Assembly (NCBI GenBank): GCA_947628705.1
Contig: CANRAZ010000002.1
Location: forward strand, 1,128-65,127
Direction of reading: 5' to 3'
Origin: an uncultured Lachnospiraceae bacterium
Lineage (GTDB): Bacteria > Bacillota > Clostridia > Lachnospirales > Lachnospiraceae
DNA length: 64,000 nucleotides
Part shown: one piece after another, positions 1 through 9,900 of the stretch
How positions within the stretch are numbered: the stretch's first letter is position 1
Layout of the letters: every line of letters starts with the position of its first letter
The notes under the pieces: generated by a model
What the model saw: the letters and a program-made list of their open reading frames with translations, nothing else
Databases searched by the model: none
Told to the model about the DNA's origin: nothing
Made by a program: the position numbers and the translations under genes

Positions 1-521
1 GCAGCGTTGCCGTCAGCCACTGAAGCAAAGCCATAATTCAGCCCTTGAAGCGACTGAAAAATTGCAGAATGTTCACTGTCAACCGGAAGGAGCCTTACGC
101 CATACTCTTTTACTAACGGCATAATTATATGGCCTGCCGTAACCAGTGTTTCCTTATTGGCAAGCGCAACATCCTTTCCCGATTTAATAGCAGCAATCGT
201 CGGATGTATGCCGACCATGCCGACAATTGCCATTACAACGGTATCCACATCGGGAACAGAGGCGCAGTCAGCCAGTCCGAACAGTCCCTCATAGACGGTA
301 ACATCCGTGTCTGCAAGCTTAGTTCTAAGGTCTTTTGCCGCACCGAAGGAATTCATGCAGACATACCGGGGCTTAAACTCCCTTACCTGTTTTTCCATCA
401 AATCAACATTTTTGTCCGCAGTCAGCGCAATAACACTAAATTTATCAGGATTTTGTCTTACAATATCAAGCGTCTGAGTGCCGATTGAGCCTGTAGAGCC
501 AAAAACAGCAAGTTTTTTCAT
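1..521 (-). CDS. dxr: 1-deoxy-D-xylulose-5-phosphate reductoisomerase, 5' part (gene continues past window start)
   Basis: Absent from the ORF track because it is open to the window edge. The reverse complement of 459-521 reads MKKLAVFGSTGSIGTQTLDIV (GSTGSIG NADPH-binding N-terminus). The reverse complement of 61-120 reads PLVKEYGVRLLPVDSEHSAI (Dxr signature). A GGAGA RBS lies upstream of the ATG at 519-521. It follows cdsA as in the conserved uppS-cdsA-dxr block. Confidence 0.9.
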   Translation of the reverse strand, partial: MKKLAVFGSTGSIGTQTLDIVRQNPDKFSVIALTADKNVDLMEKQVREFKPRYVCMNSFGAAKDLRTKLADTDVTVYEGLFGLADCASVPDVDTVVMAIVGMVGIHPTIAAIKSGKDVALANKETLVTAGHIIMPLVKEYGVRLLPVDSEHSAIFQSLQGLNYGFASVADGNA

Positions 522-713
522 ACATTTTTCTCCATATATCAAAACATTTATTTCAGGAAATATTTCACGAAACAAGCCATAAGCATCAAAACATTAGCAA
601 TCGGCAAAATCAGCGCCTGAAGCCTTATATAGGATATGACAAAAATCGTACAAATATTCTGTTATCTTATTCATGCAAATATACTATTCACTGCATCGGA
701 ACTTATTATCTGC

Positions 714-1538
714 CTACTTAAACAGTATAAGCATATAATAGACTACGGGCGCTACAAATATTACAGAATCGAAACGGTCCATTATTCCGCCGTGGCTCGG
801 TATAAGATTTCCGTAATCCTTAATTTTATAATCTCTCTTTATCGCAGAGGCTGCCAAATCTCCAAACATGGAAATTATTGCGCAAACCGCAACGGTTACC
901 GGAAGCGCAAGCTCAGGAAAACTCAAAAGCTCAAGCTTATCCGAAAAGATCAATGCAAAAACAAAGGCAACCAACACAGACGCAAGAACGCCTCCGACGC
1001 AGCCCTCCCATGTTTTTTTAGGACTTAATACGGGAAATGCTTTGTGCTTTCCGAAGAAAACACCTGAAAAATAAGCAAAGGTATCGCATATCCATGAAGC
1101 GATAAAAATTATCCATACAAGATAAATTCCGCTTTCAAGGGAACGAATAATGTAAACAAAGCCTAAAAGCACTCCTGCATAAAAAAGGCTGAAAAAACAC
1201 GACATGGTCTCCAACGCCTTGCATTTAGGAAATGAGATTACGTAGGACATCATCAAAACGATGAAAAAAAAGACGAGAAAAAGCATAAAAGCCGAAGTCT
1301 TAAGGTTTTCGCCCAGCAGCCTGTCTCCCATTGCAATAAGCCCGATATAGTACGCAATGTCAGCGGCATAGGTTATAAACCCCTGAACTGTTTTTTCCAT
1401 TTTGAATACTTTTAGAAGTTCATATATGCCGACAAGAGAAACCGCTCCAAGAACGACGCCTAAAAAAACTCCGCCGATAAGAAGAGTCGGGACTAAAATT
1501 ATTCCCAGTACGATTCCGCTGATAATTCTCTGTTTCAC
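714..1538 (-). CDS. cdsA: phosphatidate cytidylyltransferase (CDP-diglyceride synthase)
   Basis: 274-aa polytopic membrane ORF. The C-terminal KRDYKIKDYGNLIPSHGGIMDRFDS matches the CdsA signature. The GTG start overlaps the uppS stop (GTGA). Confidence 0.9.
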   Translation of the reverse strand: MKQRIISGIVLGIILVPTLLIGGVFLGVVLGAVSLVGIYELLKVFKMEKTVQGFITYAADIAYYIGLIAMGDRLLGENLKTSAFMLFLVFFFIVLMMSYVISFPKCKALETMSCFFSLFYAGVLLGFVYIIRSLESGIYLVWIIFIASWICDTFAYFSGVFFGKHKAFPVLSPKKTWEGCVGGVLASVLVAFVFALIFSDKLELLSFPELALPVTVAVCAIISMFGDLAASAIKRDYKIKDYGNLIPSHGGIMDRFDSVIFVAPVVYYMLILFK

Positions 1539-2272
1539 TTTACTCCCCCAAAACGCCTGTCCCGGCTGTTGTAATATTCGATGGCTTTTTTTAATTCTTC
1601 CTTGTTAAAGTCAGGCCACAGCACATCCGTAAAATAAAATTCGGAATATGCAAGCTGCCACGGAAGAAAGTTAGACGTGCGGTACTCTCCGCTTGTCCTT
1701 ATCAGTAGATCAGGATAAGGAATTCCGCAGGTGTCAAGATGAGAGCTTATGAGTTCCTCGTCAATCTGCTGCGGAGACAGCTTTCCGCTTACCGCTTCTT
1801 CGCATATTGTCCTGACAGCACGCACTATTTCATCTCTGCCGCCATAATTTATTGCGACCTGAAAATTAAGTCCCGTGTTATTTTTTGTCGCTTCCTCAAG
1901 TCTTAGTATTGACTTCCTAAGATCATCGTCCAGCCTTGATATGTCGCCGATAACACGGACCCTCATGTTGTTTTTTGAGCTTCTTTCTATACTGTCCTTC
2001 ATATACTTGCGCAGAAGATCCATAAGAGCCGAAACCTCGCTTTCAGGTCTCGCCCAGTTTTCGGTGGAAAAAGCATATATGGTAAGGTACTTGATGCCAA
2101 GGTCGTAAGCGTCCTCGCAGATCTGCTCTGCGGTTCTGCTTCCCTGCACATGTCCGGCAGTACGCGGAAGAAAACGTTTTTTTGCCCACCGTCCGTTTCC
2201 GTCCATTATTATAGCGACATGCTCCGGCGCAGTCAGGTTCTGTTCCGCAATATTTTTAGACGCTTTTGCCAT
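1535..2272 (-). CDS. uppS: undecaprenyl-diphosphate synthase (cis-prenyltransferase)
   Basis: Carries the HVAIIMDGNGRWAKKR and IRTSGEYRTSNFLPWQLAYSEFYF motifs. I moved the start to the ATG at 2270-2272, which is preceded by GGAGGA. The track ORF extends to 2326 with no RBS. Confidence 0.92.
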   Translation of the reverse strand: MAKASKNIAEQNLTAPEHVAIIMDGNGRWAKKRFLPRTAGHVQGSRTAEQICEDAYDLGIKYLTIYAFSTENWARPESEVSALMDLLRKYMKDSIERSSKNNMRVRVIGDISRLDDDLRKSILRLEEATKNNTGLNFQVAINYGGRDEIVRAVRTICEEAVSGKLSPQQIDEELISSHLDTCGIPYPDLLIRTSGEYRTSNFLPWQLAYSEFYFTDVLWPDFNKEELKKAIEYYNSRDRRFGGVK

Positions 2273-2340
2273 CTGAATCCTCCGAAATTTATAGTTGGCG
2301 CCGTCCTTGAGTATAAATGCCGGCAATAAAATTCTATTGA

Positions 2341-2409
2341 TAAAAACTAAAACTGTTGCGGAACAGACCTCTGCTCAATAAAACAGCCCCGAATCTGAAA
2401 CGCAACAGT
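2341..2409 (-). terminator. compound hairpin followed by a T-rich tract between frr and uppS (terminator or attenuator)
   Basis: A 9-bp outer stem (actgttgcg at 2352-2360 pairs with cgcaacagt at 2401-2409) encloses an inner near-palindrome (gaacagacctctgctc). On the minus strand it is followed by tttagttttt. Confidence 0.35.
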
Positions 2410-2417
2410 CCCGACAG

Positions 2418-2969
2418 TTATACAGTCATAATCTCCTTCGACTTGCTGTCAATCATTTTGTCAATTGTCTCAATATACTTGTCAGTAGTCTTCTGAACAT
2501 CATTCTCAAGCTTCTTGGACTCGTCCTCCGAAAGCTCGGCTTTTGACGCCTTCTTTATCGCATCGTTCGCATCACGTCTTATGTTTCTGATTGCGACCTT
2601 TGCAGCCTCACCCTTCTTTTTCACGTCCTTAACAAGCTCTTTACGTCTTTCCTCCGTAAGCTCAGGGAACGTAAGCCTGATGATCTTGCCGTCGTTGCTT
2701 GGGGTGATTCCGATGTCCGAAGCAAGTATTGCCTTTTCGATTTCCTTTATCATTCTGCTCTCCCATGGCTGTATCGCAATCACTCTTGCTTCCGGAACGC
2801 TTATGTTCGCAACGCTCTGAATGCTGGACGGAGTACCGTAGTAGTCAACGTGGAGCTTATCAAGGAGATGCGGATTTGCGCGCCCTGCACGTATGCTTGC
2901 ATACTCCTCGTCAAGATTGTTAATCGTTTTTGTCATTTTTGTGTCAAACGGTTCAATGATCGGATTCAT
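2418..2969 (-). CDS. frr: ribosome recycling factor
   Basis: MNPIIEPFDTKMTKTINNLDEEYASIRAGRANPHLLD... is typical of Frr. The ATG at 2967-2969 is preceded by AAGGAGA. The longer track ORF adds a poly-R/K artefact. Confidence 0.93.
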   Translation of the reverse strand: MNPIIEPFDTKMTKTINNLDEEYASIRAGRANPHLLDKLHVDYYGTPSSIQSVANISVPEARVIAIQPWESRMIKEIEKAILASDIGITPSNDGKIIRLTFPELTEERRKELVKDVKKKGEAAKVAIRNIRRDANDAIKKASKAELSEDESKKLENDVQKTTDKYIETIDKMIDSKSKEIMTV

Positions 2970-3045
2970 TCTTCTTCTCCTTTTTCTTCTCTTTTTTGTT
3001 ATTCGGCTTCCCGGCAATATAATTTACAGCTTTTCAGCCGGACTG

Positions 3046-3747
3046 TCAGTAAACTATCGTTCCGGTAATATTTCCCGAAACATTGTTTACAATGGCATTT
3101 TCCTCGTTGAGAGAAAACACCAGAGTGGAAACCCCATTTTCCATGCACATTACGGTCGCTGTAAGATCCAGAACCGAAAGCTTTTTGTCAAGAAGCTCCT
3201 GATAGGTAACCTTTGAATACTTTTTCGCATCAGGATTAACTTTAGGGTCGCTGTCATAAACTCCGTCTACAGCCCTTGCCATAACGATTACCTCGCATTC
3301 AAGCTCAATCGCACGCAAAGCAGTCGTAGTATCCGTTGAAAAATACGGATGACCTGTGCCGCCCGCAAGAAAAACGACCTTTCCTGCCTCCATGTCGCCA
3401 ACGGCTTTGTCCTTGGAAAAGAGTTCGGTAAAGCTTCCGCATGCAAAAGGAGTGTAAATTGCGGTTTCCATTCCGACGTATCTGCAAATCTCAGACATGT
3501 AAATACAGTTCATTACCGTTCCCAGCATTCCAATTGAATCAGCCTTTGTCCTGTCGATCGTGTGAGAGCTTCTGCCCCTCCAGAAATTTCCGCCGCCGGT
3601 AACTACCGCAACCTGAATTCCCTTTTCCGTAATCTGTTTTATTTGCTTTGCAACAGCTATGCAGGTTTCTTCATCAAAGCCCGTCTTTTTTTCACCTGCC
3701 AAGGCTTCGCCGCTGAGTTTTAACAAAACCCTCTTAAATTCTGACAT
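3046..3747 (-). CDS. pyrH: UMP kinase
   Basis: KRVLLKLSGEAL and GGGNFWRG motifs. 233 aa. Canonical position upstream of frr. Confidence 0.95.
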   Translation of the reverse strand: MSEFKRVLLKLSGEALAGEKKTGFDEETCIAVAKQIKQITEKGIQVAVVTGGGNFWRGRSSHTIDRTKADSIGMLGTVMNCIYMSEICRYVGMETAIYTPFACGSFTELFSKDKAVGDMEAGKVVFLAGGTGHPYFSTDTTTALRAIELECEVIVMARAVDGVYDSDPKVNPDAKKYSKVTYQELLDKKLSVLDLTATVMCMENGVSTLVFSLNEENAIVNNVSGNITGTIVY

Positions 3748-3795
3748 TTTGCCTCCGATTCCGTTTTTACGGAAACTGTAAAATTTCTCCTTGTA

Positions 3796-3824
3796 ATTTT
3801 AGCACATAAAGAAAGGATTATCAA
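3796..3824 (-). promoter_or_regulatory. putative sigma-A promoter for pyrH
   Basis: Minus strand: TTGATA (3824-3819), 17-nt spacer, TAAAAT (3801-3796). It lies directly after the adhesin terminator hairpin. Confidence 0.45.
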
Positions 3825-3828
3825 GCAG

Positions 3829-3872
3829 AAAACGGCACTGCAGGCTAAATGTCGCCTGCCGTACCGTTTTTT
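3829..3872 (-). terminator. intrinsic terminator-like hairpin downstream of the adhesin gene (bidirectional shape)
   Basis: acggcactgcaggc (3832-3845) pairs with gcctgccgtaccgt (3854-3867), giving 12 of 14 positions paired and an 8-nt loop. It is flanked by an A-run on one side and a T-run on the other. Confidence 0.55.
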
Positions 3873-3955
3873 CAGCTTTATCAACCGATTCGCCCCTTCC
3901 GCTGACGCCAACGTCCTTCAGGGCTTTGTACCAATATTCTATCAGTATGAAAATA

Positions 3956-6900
3956 CTAAGCTTCTTCCTCTTTACGTTTTCTGCAAGCCGCAGCAAAGCA
4001 TATTGCAGATGTTACTGCAAGGAACGCCCAAGCCGCAGGGAATGAAGAATCGCCTGTTTTCGGAGTGTCAGGAACATCAGGAGCGTCCTGCTTGATATCC
4101 GCGTATACGTTCGTAAAAGCAAGCTCTTCCTTTGAATTGCCCGACACCGTCACGGTATAAATTCCGTCAAAGCTCTCATCAACGACATTAACGGCTATCT
4201 TCCGTACCTTTGTATCATAGGTCATGCCCTTCTCGCTTCCTTCAATCTCGTAAATCACGAAGTTCCACAGCCCTTCTTCGTTAAACACAATGTCTCCGAA
4301 CGCAGCGGCATAGCCCTCTGTAAGCTGCGTAATTTCAAGCTGCGTGATTTCCGGAAGAATAATCCTTCCTTCCTCAATCGCATCAAGGGTCGCGTCGTCA
4401 CCGCCTTCAAGAACAAACAGGAATTTATCGTTGCCGTTCCACTGTCTGCCGGACAGCTTCTTTGAGACGACAAGATTTGCAGAACCGTTAAGAGTTCCTG
4501 TCGCACGGTAGCTGTTCGTAAAGGTAATCTCAACATCTTCCATATCGACATATGTCTTCTGAACCTTCACGCCGTCGTCGCCGATTTCCTCACCCGTCTG
4601 TACTTTGACGGTCACTGTGTACACGCTGTTATCGTAGGTTACGCCCTTGTAAACCCATCTGCCGTCTACAAGCACTGCGCCGTCAAGAGCTTCGCCGTCA
4701 AACGTTCCGTCCGCCGTCGGCTGCTTTTCTCTTACGGTATAGGTGTAAACCGCTGCGTCCTCCGCAGAAGCGCCCGCATTTTCAGGAGTAAAGACAATTC
4801 CGTCAAACAATACGCCTCCGTCCGAAAGGTTATGAGCCTCAAATCCGACAAGACCGTCGGCAGTCTTTTCAGAACCTTCAGGCATCGGAACGCCTTCTTC
4901 CGCCTCAAGAACAAACGTAAACTCTCCTTCATTGAGCTGTCTGCCTGTCAGCGCCTTTAACGCATCTATAACAACAGAATCCACATCAAAGAAATAGGTA
5001 TTTGTAAAGTCCGCATTGGAAGCATCGGCGGACGTCCATTCTTCTCCGGAACCGTCGCTGCTCACTTCAAATTTACTGCTTTCAACAGACATTGTGCCGT
5101 CACCGTTATCTTTAACGTTAACCGTAAGCCTGTATACCGCCGCGTCATAATTAACGCCCTCAATATTTGCAACTCCCGGCATGTCAGAGGAAAGCTCATA
5201 TATCAGGTATTCGTAGCTGCCCGGCTCTGTAAAGACAATCGGGTCGTCTTTACCGCCAAAGCAGAACAATGAACCGCTTCCGTCAGGAGAAGGCGTAAGA
5301 ATTGCCAATGATTTCTTAGGGAGCGGCGCACCGTCCTTCGCTGTCATTGCAAAGTAGAATTTGTCGCCGTCCTTAAATTCACGTCCCTTAAGGACCTTGC
5401 TTCCGGAAACGCTTATGTCTGCTTCCAGTTCGTCAACCGTATAGGTATTGGCAAATTCAAATCTGCCGTCTGCTTCCGCTCCCTCGGCCTTAACGGTAAA
5501 CGTACCGTTGAAATCCTCGTCAGTTACGGTAACCGTAAACACGTAAGCCTCACCGTCATACGTCACTCCGTCAATTCTGCTTCCGCCGTTCAATTCGCTG
5601 ACCCTAAACCTGTACTTGCCCTCTGCATAGAATTTAATATTTCCGAAAGCCTCGGTAAGAGCCGCCGTCCTGAAGTTTATCTTAATCTCCGTATTTGACG
5701 GAAGAACAACGCTGCCGTCTTTTACGGCGCTTTCCGTGTCCGCATCGTAAGGAGCAAGAACAAAAGCAAACTCATCGTTTTCGTTCCATTCCCTTCCCGT
5801 AAGAGATTTCGAAACCTTAAGATACGTCTCGCCCTCAAGAGTTCCCTCGGCGCTGTAGCTGTTGCGGAAAGCAAATTCATTTCCCTTAACATCTGCAAAT
5901 ACCGTTTGGGTAACAATTCCATTGGAATCGACGATATCCTCAGTCCATACCGAAACGCTGACGGTCTTTACCGAGCTGTCATAGGTTACGCCTCTGTAAA
6001 CCCATCTGCTGTCTTCAAGCACCGCGCCGTCAAGAGCCTTGCCCTCGAAAGTACCGTCATCAGTAGGCTGCTTTTCAGTCACCGTGTAAACATATGTTTT
6101 GGCAGCCGCCTTTCCGACTCCGGCATCAGCCACCGTAAATTTGATATCGCCGAAGTGGATTATTCCGCCTGCTCCATTGACAATATCCTTGCGTGCGACG
6201 CCGTCTTTCGAAGTAAATCCCTCCGGCATCGGAGTACCGTCCTCAGCCTCAAGCACGAACCCGAACTCACCGGCAGAGAGCTCTTTTCCGTCAAGTGCTT
6301 TGATTCCGTCGATTTCCGCTAACGCTTCTTTAGAATTGTAGGTATTTGTAAAGTCAGCGGAGTCCGCTTCATTTCCTGCCGTGCCGCCTGCTTCCGGAAG
6401 GACGCTGAGGCTCTGGGAAGCCGTCATCGTACCGTCATTGTTGTCTGTTACGCTGACCGTAAGAACATAAATCCGACTGTCATAATTCATTCCCGGAATA
6501 AGATCCTTTACAGGCTTTTCCTCTCTTATGAGGTAGAAATATGTTCCCGGAGCAGCATATGTTATCTTGTCATTCTCGCCTCCGAAGGTAAAGCTGTTGT
6601 TTACGACCCTGCCTTCAGAATCCGTTTCAGGCTTAACTGTAACGCTTGTCGTTTTCGGGAGAGGCGCACCGTCAAGCGACGTCATTGTAAAGGTAAACTC
6701 ATCTCCCGGCATAAAAGTGCGGTCGCCCGTAAGAGTCTTTGTTCCCGAAACGGTTATATCCGCTTCAAGCTCGTCGACTGTGTAGGTGTTTGTAAACACG
6801 TAAGGCTTGGCGCTGCTTCCGTCCTGTGCGGCGGTCGTGTTTGTCACAGCGGCACTAAGCTCACCCGTTCCAGTATCCGTCACTGTAACCTTGATTTCAA

Positions 6901-9900
6901 GAGGCGCTGCAAAGGTGATCCCGTCAATCCTGTCCTTATCGTCAACAGGCTTTCCGTTTCTGTATTCGGTTACCGTGAATACATAATCCCCTGCTTTGCT
7001 GAAGGTAATGTCTCCGAAAGCAGCCGTGTGCCTGCCGGAAGCGTCCGTCGTTTTGCTGTTAATCACTACGGACGGCGGAAGCATAACGGTTCCGTCTGCT
7101 ACTCCGTCAACTGTAGCACTATCGCCTGCTTTTGCCGAAAGGACAAATTCAAACTCGTCTGTCTCAAGCCATTGATCGTCCTTCCTGCCCTTAAGAACCT
7201 TGTCAATATTAAGGCTTGCCGAGCCTGAAAGCTTTCCGTCAGCCTTATAATCATTGATAAAATCAACTCTGTCTCCCGAAGCATTTGACGCATGAATCTC
7301 TGTAGACAGCTCAGCCTTTCTTGCAGTGTAGCCGTCGTCCGCAGTTTCTTCCTCTGTTACGGTACATTGTGTTCCGTTCGGAAGTCCGTTGATTTTAGCG
7401 GTCTGACCGTGGCTCAGATATATGCTGCCGCCGGATTTAACGCTGCCGCTTGCAACCGTTCCCTCCGAATCGGTTACAACGTAGGTATATACCTCATCTG
7501 CATCGGTAAGCTCTTCACCGTAACCGTCGCTAAATTTCAAAGTAAACTTAAACGATTTGTCGCGGTTTATAACTCCTGTCGTGCTTTCAATTGTTTTGGT
7601 TATTACAAGAGAGCCCTCGTCTCTGCTGTTAATGAACTCCGCAGCTGCATTTTGGCCGTCGATGGTTCCTTCAGCACTCTTAGGGACTTCAGTTTCATAA
7701 CCGTTTTTATCGGCATCTGTTTCCGTAACCTCATAACTGTAACCGTCAGGCAGCTTGTAGATAACTGCGCTCTCATCTGCCTTGAGACTGAATTCCGCTT
7801 TGCCTGAAGCGTTGAATTTAATTGTTTCCGTGCCGAGAACCGGAGTCCCCTTTCCTTTTGCAAACGGGAATTCGCCGCTTACAGGATTGCCTTCCGCGTC
7901 CTCAAGATAAACGCTGAAGCCGAAGTCAACGTCCGTTTCTCCTGCTTCTCCGTCGACACCCTTGCTCACGGTAAGAGTGTGAAGGGTACTGTTGTTGAAG
8001 ATGACGGCATCTGACGCAGTCTCATTTAAAAATGCTTCAGTCGTAACTTCATAATCCGTTGCATTACGCACGACATTTACTCTAACGATATATTCCGAAT
8101 CATCTAACTCATAATTTAAAGTGTCGCCCTTCTCTTTAACTTCATATATCTTAAAGTAGTATACTCCTTCTCCCAGGTAATCGGTTTCTTTGAAGTATAT
8201 ATATCCATCTTCACCGTTTTGGGCTTCGTCACTGTAACCATCCTCAACAGGAGTTGTCAGGTCTTCATCAACCTGTACTGCCTTAAATGAGAATATCTGA
8301 TTTGCAGACGGCGAAACAAGAAGCGTTCCGTCGATATATTTCTGGGCTTCAAAGGAAATTTTTTGCTTGGAAACCGAGTAAACCGTTCCAGACTGCATCT
8401 TGAGGAATACGCCTGTGATATTTTTCGATTCGGTTCCTGCTGTCTTTCCTGCGATTTCAACGGTTACCGAGTTCTTAACATTATCAAGACTTGCATACGC
8501 CGCAGTGTTAAATTCGAGACGCACGTCCATATGTTCAGACGGATTCCTGAGAGTAATTACAAAGTCCCTTCCTATACTTGTTATATTGTATTCGTCCGCA
8601 GGAATAGGAGCAGCACTCTTTGTAAACCCGCTCTTTCCGGCAGTCAAATCATAAAGTACAATGCTGTCTTCAAGACACCGCAGACCAAACGGAAGATTAT
8701 CCGTAACTGTTGCTGCGGCTTCACTTCCCAGCTCGGCAATTTCGCCCTGAGACGCTATTTCTTCAAGATGGAAATCAACGCTCCACTTTATAATCGGTTC
8801 GCCGTTGTCAGTGTATACCTGCTCATTTCTTTCCTTAAGCAATTCTCCTGATTTGCTTACAGCATCGGTGTAGACAACTTTCCCAGTGCTTTTGCTTGTC
8901 ATGTTATCCCAGCCGTACCTGCTAAACGCAGCACTGTTGCTCAAGCTGTAGGAAGAATCTTTTTTAATCGAGCTATCGCCGACAGCTTCCATATCAAGAG
9001 ATGTAACATAGTCCAAAACAATGGCGGTTCCCTTTTCAAGAGAATCGAATCTAAGCGTAAAATCCGTCTCTCCGTTTGTTTTAACAGAATATTTCTCCCA
9101 TTCGCCCGAATATGCGCTAAGCTCATCAATTCCTGCTTCAGAGTCAAAAATTACTGTTGAAACCGAATCTTTGTATAAAGTAACCTTCATTGACGAAAGG
9201 TTAAGGTATTTTTTAATCGAAGAATCCGCTGTAAGGCTATCGCTTATGGTAATGTCTTCTGCATCGTTACTGCCTGTTTCGGCCCTAAGTCTCCAAGCCT
9301 GTTCATGTGCTAATCCGGTATCTTCTGCCGTCTTTTCGAACAATGAGTCCTCTTCCTTTTTCACGTTTCCGCTTGTTTCTATATCAAGCATTCCGCCCGG
9401 CAGTCCGGCATTGGCAAAATTTGTAACGCTGTAACCTTCGCTTAGATTTCCGCCGTTTGCTAAAAACTGCTTTTCATCAAGACCAGTCGTGTAAACTATC
9501 TTAAGAGAGCTCTTCATCAGCTGTGCAAATTCAAGACAAAATCCTATGCCCTCGTCATTCAGCGTTAATTTCGCGCCTTTGTAGCAGCCTGCCGCGTCTC
9601 TAATAGTTACAGACGTACCGGGTTCGAAAGAGCCGTCGTAAGAATAAAGCAAATGCGGATTCTCAGGATCACTGTTGTCATAGATTTCAAAAGTTCTGAA
9701 CTCTGTTATGGCAAAAGCGATCTTATCATTTTCAGTCACTTTCTTTCCGTCTCCGGCACTCATTGAATCCTCTACCGAATAGTTATCGATATCGCCGTTG
9801 ACATTAAGCTCCAGACTCCATGTGATTTCATTGTTTTTCACATCAACATCTGCATTTTTTCCGATGGTTCCAAGAAGGTCTATAGGATTTTTAAATTCGT

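Noticed and set aside
129-488. 119-aa plus-strand ORF at the window start
   Set aside because: It lies entirely antisense to the well-supported dxr reading frame (GSTGSIG and PVDSEHSAI motifs on the minus strand). It has no RBS, and its product is Arg/Cys/Asn-rich nonsense.
636-1074. Plus-strand ORFs 636-1028 and 868-1074
   Set aside because: They are antisense to cdsA, which has a clear signature motif. Their composition is low-complexity and basic, as is typical of shadow ORFs.
5906-9434. Multiple 60-170-aa plus-strand and alternative-frame ORFs inside the adhesin gene (for example 5906-6322, 7292-7807, 8363-8851, 9021-9434)
   Set aside because: All are nested in an 11-kb uninterrupted ORF with coherent domain architecture. 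None has an RBS or a recognisable motif. They are the expected shadows of a long repetitive gene.
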